Assembly (NCBI GenBank): GCA_037447605.1
Contig: CM074808.1
Span: forward strand, 2,790,001-2,854,000
Origin: Zygnema circumcarinatum SAG 698-1b
Taxonomy: Eukaryota; Plantae; Zygnematophyceae
Direction of reading: 5' to 3'
Length of the DNA: 64,000 nucleotides
The translations under genes were made by a program, and so were the position numbers. Positions 48,514 through 62,183 of the stretch are shown here, piece by piece (positions within the stretch are counted from its first letter, which is position 1; each line of letters opens with the position of its first letter). The notes beneath the pieces were generated by a model. That model ran no database searches. It saw nothing but the letters and a program-made list of their open reading frames with translations, and was not told where the DNA came from.

Positions 48514-49629
48514 TCAGGAGATCAGAAAGCTTTTAAAGAATCCGCGAACCTCCTTTAACCATTCCATCAGCGTGGGGAGTTCGTGAATGACGTGCAACGC
48601 CTCTCCAGGATACTTCGTATCTTTGGCGTCTGTATAGCTCTCCAGAGCTTTCTTGGCTACGCCAGGATCAATATGCGAAGCGGACTGGAGCAGGACCGGT
48701 ACAGTAAGGTCCATGACTGCCTCGCTGATGACTGCGCCAGTCCCTTCCATGAAACTCTTTTCAACTGAATCAACATCCAGCATTCGCGAAGCCCATAGTC
48801 TTGTATGCACCCACGGGGGAAGCATCGCAGCTCCCTCGTTCTTTTCTCGCTCTGCAAACTCCTCCTTTGAAAACTCCTGAACTTTCCGCGACCACGCAAA
48901 GGGACCACCCTCCCGAGGACACGGCGGGATGAGTGGAGGCTCGCTCCTCTCAGCTTGACCAGGAAGAGTCCGCCATGGCGGGTCTTCAAGCACAAGGGCC
49001 TGAACCATTGACGGATGCTTTCCTGCAAGATGAGCAGCAACAGTCGCGCCCATGGAGTGGCCTATAACAAAGAGGGGCTGCCCAGCATACATGCGCTCCA
49101 TAAGGGCGAAAGAATCATTGACCAAATTCTCCATCGTGAAGCTGTCCGGAGGACACGGCTGCGTTAAACCGTGGCCCCGGTTATCAGCAACGAAGACGTG
49201 AAAAGAATCTGCAAGACCAGATAGTGCGAGCAAGCAGCAGCCTGCAGCATCTGTCAAGCCATGGATGAAGAGCAATCGAGGCAGCACAACTGCTGGATTG
49301 GAATGGTAATAACGGATGACGACGTCGTCTGATGGCAGAATATCAGGCGTCCAATTGATAGTAAGGCAAAGGTCCGTCAAGCTATTTGGAAATGGCACTT
49401 CAGCCGGAACAGTGCCTTCTTTTTCAGCAGTTGCAACTATACTTCCTTCGTCCTTCTGCGCAGCGCTGTGCTCTGCGTCTGGAACAATTGCTGGTGCAGA
49501 CGCTTGTGAATTGTCAGGCATGGTGGCTGTGAAAGCAATAAGCCGGTCGAGCATTGCCAGGGCAGTGTCTGTTGACACTACAGGAACTTGTTCAGGCAAG
49601 CCTCTGAGCAGCTGCCCCTCTGTGGCCAT
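48514..49629 (-). CDS. Intronless alpha/beta-hydrolase paralog with an ~80-aa N-terminal extension, 371 aa
   Basis: First in-frame ATG at 49629 (the ORF-track start at 49797 is a GTG). Motifs: FIHGLTD, DNRGHG, VIGHSMGA, LVLEDPPW, GEALHVIH. Confidence 0.88.
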   Translation of the reverse strand: MATEGQLLRGLPEQVPVVSTDTALAMLDRLIAFTATMPDNSQASAPAIVPDAEHSAAQKDEGSIVATAEKEGTVPAEVPFPNSLTDLCLTINWTPDILPSDDVVIRYYHSNPAVVLPRLLFIHGLTDAAGCCLLALSGLADSFHVFVADNRGHGLTQPCPPDSFTMENLVNDSFALMERMYAGQPLFVIGHSMGATVAAHLAGKHPSMVQALVLEDPPWRTLPGQAERSEPPLIPPCPREGGPFAWSRKVQEFSKEEFAEREKNEGAAMLPPWVHTRLWASRMLDVDSVEKSFMEGTGAVISEAVMDLTVPVLLQSASHIDPGVAKKALESYTDAKDTKYPGEALHVIHELPTLMEWLKEVRGFFKSFLIS

Positions 49630-49842
49630 GCCTGCGCCAGTCCGGCACCCCCCCGCACCCGGCTTTGAGGCTCGCCTTGCGAACACGCCGTCAGAGCAAG
49701 AGCAGCGCGAGGCCGTCAGTCGAGCAGCCCCGGCAGCTCCCGCAAGCACAAGCGGCAGGCAGGCAGGCACACAGCCGCCATGCGAGGGAAGGAGCACCGT
49801 TGCCTCCCTCCCTCGCCCCTCCCCGCGCGGCCTCCTGGCTCC

Positions 49843-50550
49843 GTACCGTACGGCTTGCCTGGCTCGCTGGCTGGTTCCCCCGCGCCCTGCCGCCCGCCGC
49901 TGCCCGACGGAGGGGCGCCCTCAGGCCGGGCCGAGCGCAATCATTGGCCGAGCGGGGGAGCACGCCAACGTGGCAGGCCCTCATTGGCACTCCAGCATCC
50001 CAAAAATGGACACGTGCCGCGCGCCGGCCGGTACGGCCAGTGTCCGTACTGTCTGGCCCGACAGAGACGCCTCTTGCTAGCCGACACTCGACAGCACCGT
50101 CCGTACAGAGGCGTCACTCGTTCGAACGGTACGACTACATCAGGCCATTCTGCAACTTCCGTATGAACGGCCTGACAAACATGCCGTACGACCCGCCAGT
50201 GGAGATCGCCGTGTGAATCAGCCGTACGGACGCGCCACGGCGGACTGGGGCGGTGGGCGGGCGGGCGGGATCGGTTGGGTGGCCTTGGGATGGACCCATA
50301 CGGACATGCGGTACAGTACAGTACAGTACAGTACTGTTGCCGCTGTAGGGAGCCGTACGGCCATGAGGCCGCCAGTAGCTGTTTGGACGGTAGCGCCTGA
50401 GGTCGAGGGCGGGCGGGCAGCGGGAAGTTTTTGGAAGATCGCGATGTACAAAACTGTACGGTAAACTTGTTGCCCGCCGTACGGCGGTTTCCAATCGGGT
50501 CTCCGCCGCTTCGAGCGAGCGGGCAGGCGGGACGAGGGTGAGTACGGTAC
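49843..50550. promoter_or_regulatory. GC-rich region with 19 GTAC cores upstream of hydrolase 2
   Basis: Hand count: 19 GTAC in ~710 bp, against about 3 expected at 1 per 256 bp. Includes five GTAC cores at 5-bp spacing (GTACAx4 + GTAC) at 50311-50334. Confidence 0.5.
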
Positions 50551-50997
50551 GGTGCTTGAAGGGGCGGCAGCGAGCCAGGGCAGCGCGAGCTTAGCGCGTG
50601 GTGCAGGACGGACATGGAACGAACGCTTTCCCATGCAGCTGTCAGCGTTACCGTTGAGCGGCAGTGTGACTGCCATAGAAGCGTTGGTGAACCGGCAGCT
50701 CGAAAGGCGCACGCAGAAGGCAGCGGTCAGGCAGACGGAGCAGCAGCAGCAGCAGGCGGGCGTGTGGGAAGGACAGGGACTCGGAAATGGACGGGAGATA
50801 GGTCGGTGAACCACAAACAAACCACTGCACATCAATGTGAAAAATCTTCTCATTTTGGCATTCCTAAGCGCAAATGCTTACTATTTCCTAGAAAAAATCG
50901 TTTAACCTCACTAAGCTTAATGAATGCTCATATGTACAAGTCCGTACTACACAAACAATACACATCACTTTGCCGCCATCATTTACAATCGCTAGTG

Positions 50998-53900
50998 CTA
51001 CAACCCCAGCAAGGGGACGAGACCTAGGACGTAGAGAATTCTCAACGCCATGAAGGAAATATAGAGCGTGATAAGCCCCACCCCCTGCACCTTGCTAAAG
51101 CGCATCCCGCATGAGGGCATGACTACAAGCGAGTACACGAGTCCTGCCAGGAGGAACGTCATCGTGCACAACAGCGTGGGGTCTTTAGGGATAACAAATT
51201 CATTTGGGAAGGTCTTCCAGCTGGCCAGAACGAGAGAGGACCCAAGTCCCACGAGGCAGTTGAACATGGGGCCCGCATAGCACCCTGACCAGGCGATCTG
51301 AACTCCGTCAGATTTCTCGCTGCAGGCCATGGCCAGGTTCGCCACCGCATCCCCCATGGAGTTACCCCATGCAAGCACAGTGAGCCCTAACAGGGCGGAG
51401 TCGATCTGAAGGATGATCCCTATGGCCACTAAAGCAGCCACCAGCTCATTCGCGATGATATAGAACCAGACCACGCTCATGATGAAGCCGCCCAGCACCC
51501 ATGGCAAAACAAACTTCTGGGGCGGTCCATCCGACTCCGTCATCAGAATAGCTGCCAGTCCAAACATGAAACCGGCAGCACTCCCCCACACATAGGGCTC
51601 CCAGTTGAGAGTTTCATCGGAGAGAACGAAAGTGCACAGAAGAGGAGCGAGGAAGGCGCTGGCTACAGCATAAGGCTTTGACCACCCGTCTGCCTGGCGG
51701 GAAGGGATGGTAAGGCGGCGAGGCAACATGAGGGGGAGTTTGATGAAATAATCGCAGATGTTCTGCAGACTGCAGGAGGATGGCTGCAAGAACGACCCAC
51801 CAAACAAGGTCTCTCTTTAGGACTCAAAAAATAAATGAGTCATACGTAGGTTGGTTTTTCTTTAGCATGCGTATCCACCATCCAAAACCGATACAGATCA
51901 TCCAGAACTACTTTCTAAGCGAGCCTTTTCACCCAGATTCTGTCACTGGATAATTTTTCTCTTCTACGCTCTGGTCCGACCACACAGGCATTGTGAGTGT
52001 CCACCACAAGAACCAATCAGAAAGCTCAATGACACAGGAGGAAAGGTCAGGCCTTTGCTTCTTCTTGCGCTAAAAAACTTGAAGTTGCCACAGTAACAGC
52101 AGACACAAACCTAATGTGGATGGGCTCAAGTTTGATAATGACACGGGGTTTGAAATGATTGAAAGCCAATGTTTGAAAAGCAGTTCTCACCAGAGGCCGA
52201 TCCTCCTCATCTTCAATCCAACCCCAAAGGGGTCGAGGACTATCACTTCCACTCCGAACCGAATAAATGGCAACATTTGATGTCCATAGCCACTGGGGAA
52301 GGGCTGTGGCACTATTTGTAGAGTCTTCAGAGCGATGCAATGGGTGGTAAAGCCATGCCCCATCATCTTCATCTGCAGCGGTTTCAAGTTGGTCGCCACG
52401 CAACGGTTGAAGTAGTATGTCAGTCTTTCCAGGGCGAGCCCTCCACAACTCAGAAATGCCAACAGCGATGCCATACGTAAAGTAGATTGACAGGAATGCA
52501 ATAGCCCAAATAAGGTGGATGCGACCAATGGCGATAATCACCATTAACACCTGTTGACAAGGAAACAAAAAAGAAACAAGATAACTTTCAGATAGCGAGG
52601 GCAGTAAGCAATGAACAATTCAGGGGACGAGATGAACACTGAGTGCGAAATCGGTCGCTTTACCATCGCGGGAGTGTTTACATATGACGTAGAGGATCCA
52701 ACAGAGAAACGTTCTGAACCAGGGATATTTGTATTGTATTTGTATTCGTATTTGTGAGTTTGGAGGCAGTACCATGAGAGAAAAGAGGTAAAAGCAGACG
52801 TCCCTAATAAACGAAAGTCCATCAATGTGAATAGGGCTCGACATGTTGGCAACAACCAGGCTGACGGACCCCGCCACAACCGTGGTAACAAAAAATCCTG
52901 CTCCTAATACACTATTAAGTCCGACTTGGCCCTCACCCGCGCCAACGAATGCTGCAATGCTGCAAACCTCATCCCCGCGGAATAAGCACAAGCACCATGC
53001 TAATGAACAATGGAAATCCGTGCACCGGCAAGAACATGAATTGGTTCAAGAAGTGGAGTCAATACACACATTGTTCTTCATGAACAAATCTTACCACGCA
53101 AACGAACTAGTTAACTCAGGGCCGTATTCCATTGATGGTAAAGATTAGCTTAGTTTAGAAAACTATGAATCGCGGTCACAATTGATACACAATCTATTTT
53201 TCAGACGTGGCGAGCCGTCATTGGCAGAATGCTTAAGCTTAACTAAACTAAACTAGACCACCAGCTGATTAAGGCCTCAAAAAGTTTAATGTAGGCTAAT
53301 TGATCTACTGACCATGCACCTTGAACAAGGACCACGTTCATATTGAATTATGAAGGCATAACAGCCTAATGAAAAAACACACGCAATGCATACGCCATTC
53401 TGAAATTCTCATCTAACAATATCATGCACACATGATCTCATGCAGGCAAGTAGGCAGTGGCAACGTAGTTCTGCTGAATTACACCAAAAGATTCTGATTT
53501 CGCCGATGAGAATGGGACTATGGCATGGTTATGCACGGACCTGGCAAATACATCAGGAGCACCGTTGCCAAGAGGAAGAAGTGTCACGCCAGCAACTGTC
53601 GGGGGCAGATGGAGCAACTCAGAGAGTTCTTCAAGCGACGGGCAAAAGTAGTCAGCAGCTGTATTCCCGAGCATAAAAAACAGTGACATCAAACCCAGGC
53701 CCAATATCACCGCCCCCAAAATCTTCACTTTCCTGCACGTGCAGTAATAGAAATGCAGGTAGTCCACCAGCGTCCCTGAACGGCAGGATTCATGGGCAAG
53801 CACATACGAGCACTCGTCGGCATACCCCGGATGTTGCGCCACATCATTGCAAAGCTCCGAATCAACATCATTATTGGTAGCATTCACTTCTGCAGATTTA

Positions 53901-54259
53901 TTTCCGCTAACAGTGCTATTTCCTGCTTCCAGTAGTGAACGCCGAAGGCCCAACCCTGTCTGCTTCCATACAGCAGGCTCCACCTGGACATATCCCCCAA
54001 TCCTAGACCGTAGACCGTCCCCTGAACGACCAGCCTCTCCAATACCATCGCGTTCTTCTTTGCTCGCAGAGAAGAAATCATGAGCTCCGTCATTTCCCAC
54101 CAAACTCTGTCGTCTGAATGTCCACGAATCGCTACCCTGCGCCTCTGCTGGTCCTCGGCTGCCAGAACCTGTACGCTGCTGCAACACGAAAATCAGAGAT
54201 ACAACGAGCACAAGCCGCGCTGCAATCCACCACCCATTGCGGATTATCTGTGGAGCCAT
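50998..54259 (-). CDS. CCX: Cation/calcium exchanger (CCX/NCLX family, two Na_Ca_ex repeats), 683 aa
   Basis: Exons (minus): 54259-53541, 52959-52773, 52550-52191, 51783-50998 (2052 nt). Alpha-1 repeat [22 protein letters not shown]; alpha-2 repeat LGLTVLAWGNSMGDAVAN...GCYAGPMFN. Confidence 0.94.
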
Positions 54260-54912
54260 AACCTTTCTCTCCACAAACCCTAAATCACAGACGGCGGCAC
54301 TTGCAGGCGTTTTTTGCTTCCATTTCCATCACTCGATCTTTGCTGCGCGGGAAACCCATGCTCTTGCCGGTCTTACAAAAGCCTGGAAACAAGTCATATT
54401 CCACGTTCCAAATTCTCCCCGAGACAGAAAAGGCTCCATCCGTCTTCGGCCGCCTGCTCGGTCACCATGATGGGCGGGCATGTCATGTCAAAGCCTATTA
54501 TGTCAAAGCCAATCACTCTGTGCCACGTGATAGTTTTGCTGACGTGGCATGCTATGGTTGGCGGGGGCCGAAATGCCCGCATGGAGTCCCATGCCCATGA
54601 TCCCCATCACCAGTTAAAGGATACTGTTCGTATGTGCCCCGTCGCAGGGGAACTGAGAACAGTTAATGTCTAACAGGTTGTGGAACATAACGCGATGTCT
54701 GCATGGCAACGCGTCTGTCGCATTTGAGCCAAATTTGGGTGAAACAAATTTCAAGTCTGAGCCGAAACCGCACTCAGGGAAGGGAAGGGAAAGGCAGGGC
54801 AGCAAAATTAGGGTGCATTTTCATCTACTGTTGCTCTTCTTGCTGATACCGAGGAGCAGTCTGCAGGGGAAGGAGGGCTTCCACTGCTGCAATTCGGAGG
54901 CATTCAGCAGCC

Positions 54913-57900
54913 ATGACTGTCATAACAAGTGCCAGCGGCCTGCTGGCCATGCTGGACGAAGAGCAGGAGGCTCTGAAAGTGCACGCTTTGAAGAATCTGA
55001 ATCGCTTGGTGGATCAATTCTGGGCGGAGATATCTGCAAACATTTCAAGCATGTAAGTAATTCCTTATTTTCTGGATATGGTGATTTTAACAACGTACGA
55101 TGAAGAAAATAATTTCGTAGGTCATTTCACCGCTAGTTCATCAAGTCCTGCATAAGATTCTGGTTCTCCATCGTTTGAGTCCCATGTTCATAAAATCGCT
55201 TCCTTCTCCACGTAATCTACTTTACATCACAAAAATCTGTTAAGTGTTCTAAACGGGAAGGAATTGGTAGCTGGACTTAATCGGCTCAGGTTACATCGGC
55301 TCATATGTCTTAGTGATGCCTTACATGCAGTGAAAGCCTGTACGAGGATGAGACTTTTGGACAAAGGGAGTTAGCGGCTCTGTTGGCTTCGAAGGTGAGC
55401 AGATTTCTTGCAGTCGTTGAAGTTTTTTCAAGAGTTCGTCCGTCTGCATTAATCTGCAACTCTGCATGACGGTGTTAGCCTCAATTGTGCAAGCAGTTAT
55501 TAGTACAGGCACCAACAAGGCCAATTTTCTCAATTTTCTCCAAATGATGAGTTTCTTCAGCGAAATCAATTTTTCGTTCGCTCATTATGTTCTGTGTGGA
55601 GCTTCTTCAAATCGTTGAAAATCCTCAATGTCTGAATTGTGACAACAGGTGTTCTATCATTTGGGGGAGTTGAATGATTCGTTGTCTTATGCGCTTGGAG
55701 CTGGCAGCCTTTTTGATGTTTCAGAGGAGTCAGAATATGTTCAGACTCTCGTCGGTGAGTTCTTTTCTTGGGTTTAACTAGCAGGGGGAAGTATACTTTA
55801 GCCTGTAGAGCAAGTTTTGCGGGGTAGCCGCTTAACTTTGTATGTTCATTCACGTGATCCTTGCCCGGTTACTCGAGCGAGTCTAAGTGTTGAACTCAGA
55901 TATTATCTAACTCAGGTGCTGATGTGTATGTGACCTTTCCTTGACTGTTAACTAGTGGATTAGCCTGTTTTAGACGAGGAATTTCCTGCCTAGTTTTTTG
56001 TGTGTTTGGACTTTTCTTCACAGCATGTATCTATCTAAAACCTTGCTCGGTGAACTGCAGCCAAGTGCATTGACGAGTATGTCGACGTCAGTATCAAGGC
56101 ATTGGAAACTTCAGAGGAGCACCCTCCACCAGACCCTCGATTGGTGGCAATTGTCGAAAAGATGCTTGACAAGTATGAGTTTAACTCCCAGATTTGAATG
56201 TGCGGATGAAAAAGACTTTTACTTTAAGGACTTGATATATTTCGAGTTGCTTCATTAGCCGATCCAGCTCATGGACTTTGCCGAACACAGCTATGTGAGG
56301 AGTAGATATTGCGATGTTGATGACACTGACAAGTGGTTTGGTTTCTTACCCTTCGTTTGCAGGTGTGTTGCCGATGGTCAATTTCAGCAGGCAATCGGTA
56401 TCGCCTTAGAGTGTCGGAGACTGGACAAGCTGGAGGAAGCAATTTTGAAGAGCTATGACATTTCTGGCCATCTTGCTTACACACTACGTGTCTCCCAGAC
56501 CCTCGTGAACCGGAGAGAGTTCCGTCAATCGGTAAGGGGGGGCTTATTTAGAAACACGGACTTAGAACTTGACCTTCGCTTTGGTGAATAATTCAACTCT
56601 AATTGCATTCATTACGTTTGCGCACTTTGCCTATGAGTGATCTTAAACTGAAATGAGAAGATTGTTTAATTACAAATTTGGTTGCTAATCACTGAGAACT
56701 GTAGATTAGTAGCTCGCTCCTGTTGGGCATGTTACTATTTTTTGCGCTTCCATTTCTCCCATGCTCCTTTATGTTTTTGCCGTTTCGTAGTGCAATCCAT
56801 ACTGACGTTTCAGCTTTCATTTGTTTGTAGGTCTTGCGCCTGCTTGTCAAACTATACGAGCAGTCGTCTTCACCGGACTATGTTAGCATTTGCCAGTGTC
56901 TGATGTTTCTCGAGGATCCGGGAAGTGTTGCTGCCATCCTTGACAAGCTGCTACGTGGTACCACGGTAAGCTGCAGCAAAGCAATCTGATTATGGGATGA
57001 GGCTTCTTGTTAAGAAGAGTACCATATTCCATTGAACTCTGCACTGTTCAATTGGAACCTTGTCATGTTTCTCCCTGTTTTATCGTTTACGATTCTACTA
57101 ATGTTTGAGATGTTTCTGATTCTTTTTGATGAAAGACTCTGAATGCTGCTGTATTTCAACAGCTTGGCAAAGCTCCTATTCCATGATTTGGTAGTTGTAC
57201 CTGGAAGCCTGTGGTTCCTATTTTCTATGAAGGAGGAAGACAGATATTGAGCACTCATCTAGTGGGCTGTGTGGCACAGGACGAGAATTTGCTGGCCTAT
57301 CAGGTTGCATTCGACCTTTTTGAAAACGAATTTCAGCAGTTTTTGCTCAATGTCCGTGACCTTCTTCCAGATCCGCGCGTTCCTGCCACTGCAGTGCCTC
57401 CTCTATCCCAAGGAGACCCTGATCCAGTGTCAATAGTTGACGAGCCCTCAAGTCAGGCTCCAACTACTGAAGCTGCCGAGGATGGGCATTCTGCGATGGA
57501 AACTGAAGAAATAACAGCAAATGCTGGCAAAGAGGAGCCTGCCGTACCACCAACAGATGAATCAATGCGCCCTCCTCAGACAGGGGCTGAGTCAGAGCAT
57601 GCAGTAGGTGCAGCAGTTGGATCGAATGATGAGGTCTCGGCACCTGCTCCTGTGGAGACTTCGGGATTGTCCAGTGAGGTCCTTCAGTATGCGGACAGGC
57701 TTGGGAAATTGAAGGGAATTCTTTCGGGGGAAACACCTATCAGCTTGACGTTGCAGTTTCTGTATAGTCATAACAAGTAAGATTTTTCGCTCCTTGAGGA
57801 TCGGCCGTTTTGACTGCCTATGAAGATTTTCCTTCGTTGCGGGAAAACTTGACAACTGTCAATCAGGATAAATGCGTCTTTTTCTTAATGTCGAGTTTTT

Positions 57901-60900
57901 TTGCGGTGCATGTCTTCCAGGTCAGATTTGTTAATATTGAAGAACATCAAGCAGTCTGTGGAGATGCGAAACAGTGTTTGCCATAGCGCAACCATATTTT
58001 CCAATGCACTGATGCACGGTGGCACAACTGTGGATACTTTCCTCCGCGAAAACTTGGTAAGAAACTCAGTCATCTGAGATGCCAAGTCTGTACGATTCCT
58101 CCTCTGTAGAATATGCTGTTGACTGTCCTATAAGACATTTTCTATGCAGGAAGTTCTTTACCATACTTGTCTGTTCCGTGCATGTCTTAACCGAAGTTTT
58201 CATCTCTACTTCAGGATTGGTTGAGCCGTGCCACGAACTGGGCAAAGTTCAGTGCTACTGCTGGTCTTGGAGTCATTCACAGAGGCCATTTGCAGCAGGG
58301 CCGCTCCTTGATGGCTCCTTATTTACCACAAAATGGAACTAGTGGTAGCCCATTCTCGGAGGGAGGGGCTTTGTATGCACTCGGCCTCATTCATGCCAAC
58401 CATGGAGAGGGCATTAAGCAGTTTTTATTGGAAAGCCTAAGGAACACAAGCAATGAGGTACGACCGGACAAATGCTGGTTGTCACATCCTCAATTGTTGT
58501 TCCTCTCTGTCCTGTACCTGGTTTTGTTGTCAAGGTGTTAAAATGCAGGAGAATTTCCGTCGCATGGAATCGATTTGCTCTCCCGATGACGAGGTTACAT
58601 TTATAGATTGACTCATGGGCACAAAGCTGATTTACTGGCAGGTTATCCAACACGGTGCCTGTCTTGGATTAGGGCTTGCGGCTCTTGGAACAGCAGATGA
58701 AGAAGTGTATGAAGATGTGAAGAGTGTATTGTATACAGACAGTGCTGTTGCGGGAGAGGCGGCCGGCATCAGTATGGGTCTCCTCATGGTCGGCACTGCA
58801 AGTGAGAAGGCTGGAGAGATGTTGGCTTACGCCCATGATACACAGCATGAGAAAATCATCAGGTAAGGCCTGTCTACCTTCTTTCATGGTTGGTAGAATC
58901 TACAGGCTAAGATAGTAGTCGGTGTTCAATATGTTCTTTGGTGTTCAATATTAAGAATGTCGCTCTTGACGCATATAAGACAGGTTCTCTATATCTGGAA
59001 GTTGGTAACTTGCATGAATGAGGTTGGTGTTATAATTGCCGACTTCTCTACCTGTATTCCAAGCACTGACGTGTTGAGTAGTCGGTGCTGCATTGCTAAT
59101 GAGCCCTTTGTTAACTAGTCCGTAATCTGCCTCGTTGATGGGTGACAGAGGCTTGGCTCTCGGAATAGCTTTAGTTGTGTATGGCCGGGAAGAAGAGGCA
59201 GATACCTTGATTGAGCAGATGACCAGAGACCAGGATCCCATTCTGCGATATGGAGGGATGTACGCCCTCGGAATGGCTTATAGAGGAACAGCAAATAATG
59301 GCGCCATCAGACAGCTCCTGCATTTTGCTGTATCGGATGTAAGCGATGATGTACGAAGAGCAGCAGTACTGTCTCTTGGCTTTGTCCTTTGCTCCGAGCC
59401 TGAGCAGGTAGGTTACTCTGTCTGAGTTTTGGTAACACTTGTGTGGGCAGGGGTACGTCAAACACAATATCAGACCTTGTTTCCTTTAGCAAATGGTGGA
59501 GTCTCCTCACTATCATTTTTCTCACCTACGCTTATCTGTGTTGTGCTTTTGACCAGCCTCTTCCTGTAAATTGAGGTCATGGATGTGATGAGCCTCCAAA
59601 AAGTTGCATGTGAGCGCGCTACATGTGTATCTAGCACGCATTCGTGATCAGTTTACAACCTTTCTTTTCGGTATTGAGTATGATTTGTGTCGTTGACCTT
59701 GCAGATGCCTCGAATTGTTTCACTTCTTTCCGAGTCCTACAATGCGCATGTGCGTTATGGAGCAGCCTTGGCTGTCGGAATTTCTTGTGCTGGCACGGGA
59801 TTGAGTGAAGCTATCGGTTTGATTGAACCTTTAACTACAGACGCAGTTGACTTTGTGCGTCAAGGAGCGCTGCTGGCCATGGCCATGGTGCTCATGCAGA
59901 CTACAGAGGAGCGCGAACCGCGGGTTGGCACATTCAGGTGATGTCGAACTTTTAGCAAACAATGCATCCACTTGTTGGTCAATTTATTTACTTTTTTTCA
60001 CTTTATTTAGTCAATTTCACTGTAAAGAATGGAATGAGTATTTTAGGGCGTCTCGTCACTTCTTTCAGAACGAGTGTGATGCATGTCTTCGGACCACCTT
60101 GCTCAATTGAGTGGCTCGTTCTTCGTTTGCGTCTAATCCGTTTTCCATTGGTGAATGTACACATTCATATCAATGCACAGCATGCAATAGGTATGCTGCA
60201 TGCTGCTGAACGTGTGCTGCTGAGCTTCTTGCTTCTGCAGGCGACAGCTGGACAAGATCATTGCGGACAAGCATGAAGACACGATGAGCAAGATGGGCGC
60301 CATTTTGGCATGCGGCATTCTGGATGCAGGGGGGCGCAATGTCACTATAAGCTTGAGGTCTAAGACGGGTCATGACCGGATCATGGCCATGGTGGGAATG
60401 GCAGTCTTCACGCAGTTCTGGTATTGGTATCCGCTCATCTACTTTATAAGCCTTGCGTTCGCCCCCACCGCATTCATAGGCTTACAGCAAGACCTCAAGA
60501 TGCCAAAGTTTGAATTTATCTCCGACTGTAGACCCTCTCTCTTCCGGTATCCTCCACCTGCCTCGTCTCAATCGTCTGCCCCAGCTGTCAAGGTGCCCAC
60601 GGCAGTCCTTTCCACAGCTATCCGTGCGAAAAGCAAGGCGAAGAAGGAAGCAGAGGCGAAATTGGAGAAAGCGAAGGAGAAGAAGGAGAAGGAAATGGAA
60701 GATGTCAAGGTGGCGGGTGAACGAGGATCTGCTCCAACAGATGGGAGTGAAGAGAGCCAAAGAGGCAGTGGTGATGCAATGGAGGTGAGAGTTTCACAGA
60801 GTTGGTTCGGCTTCTTGGGTGTAGATACACTGCCAGTTGATCGCCTGAGTTGACTTGAAATCATTACAGGGTCTTTCAGTTCATTACACTTTATTCCATC

Positions 60901-61285
60901 AAGCACAGAGCGCTCCACTTCCGATGCTCACTGTCTGCTCTTTCTGAATCCACAGGTGGATGCTGCTTCCGGAAAGAAGGCAGGCAAGAAGGAGAACCCG
61001 GAACCGAGTTTTGAAGTGCTTGAAAACCCGGCCCGTGTGCTTCCTGCCCAGGACAAGTACATCAAGTTCCCCCCCGACTGCCGGTATGTGCCTCTGAAAG
61101 CAGTGCACTCAGGCTTCGTGATGCTCAAAAATCGGCAAAGAGAAGAGCCGGAGGAGCTGGTTGCCAACGATGCCCCGGTCGGTGCTGCCGACAGCGGCCA
61201 CAGGGGCGCGGCGGCCGGGCAGGGGGCCGCCCAAGATGAGGACGAACCCCCTCCCCCGGAGGCGTTCGAGTATGGCTCCTCTTGA
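54913..61285 (+). CDS. RPN2: 26S proteasome non-ATPase regulatory subunit 1 (RPN2/PSMD1), 1062 aa, 14 exons
   Basis: Exons: 54913-55052, 55331-55394, 55649-55754, 56061-56172, 56363-56531, 56831-56965, 57280-57776, 57921-58056, 58215-58457, 58642-58862, 59149-59407, 59705-59937, 60241-60784, 60956-61285 (3189 nt). Motifs: [59 protein letters not shown]. Confidence 0.97.
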
Positions 61286-62183
61286 GCAGGGAGGGAGGGA
61301 GGCAGCGCAGCTGCAGGGACCGAGGAGGGTAGGGGTAGGGGGGCTGTGAATGTATTGAATTTTGGAAATTTAGGCTGAATATGGCTCGCTTGTTCATGGC
61401 ATCGCCACGGGGTCTGCTCCCTGTGTAAGCGTGCATTTGCCGTGGTCCATGTTCACGAGAGTCATGCCTTTTGAGATTATGATGTGCTTCTCTCGTCTGT
61501 CACAATGGCTCACGTTTGGCCGATGACATGTTGTAGTGGTGGTGCTCGAGCAGTGCCGGTGGCCCTAAATGCTTGTTGAAGATGGTGGGCAGTTAATTCA
61601 ACGCCAGGATTTCTTACTCTTCAGGGAGAGAATTCTTGATTTAAAAACAGCTAAGAAGCAGGAGCAGTGCCGTATGCTGATCGTCTTCCTAAAGAGAAAC
61701 TGGGGCTCCTAGAAACCCATCCATCGGCCACGCTCTGAAGAAAAGTTGCCTTTGCAACAAGAAGATGGCATCTGTGCCTGTGAAAGCGAGTGTCCTAGAA
61801 GCTCACAGTGAACATTTGAAGCCTCGAGTGATCGTATCCTGGCCGTCCGTTCGCATCCGACGGTGTAAAATCCTTCGTGCAGAAGTTTCCTGCCGTCCAA
61901 AATCTGCCCGTCCCTGCGCCTTTCCCGTTGGTTTGAAAACGGAGGGCGGTCGCAACGGCCCGGCGAGAAAGAGCCGCCGCCGAGCAAGGCTGAAGGCTGC
62001 AAGGCCATGGCGGCTGCTGGCAGGAGGCGGGCATGGCGGCAGGCTTGAGAGCTGCCTCTCAGCTTTCTGGCACCGCCAGTGCCATCGCCAATTGATACTG
62101 TCGGATACGCATTGCAGAAGGCACTTGGAGAGGCATCAGACGGCTGATATTCACAGGTTTTATGCAGATTGGAGGGCCAGAAC

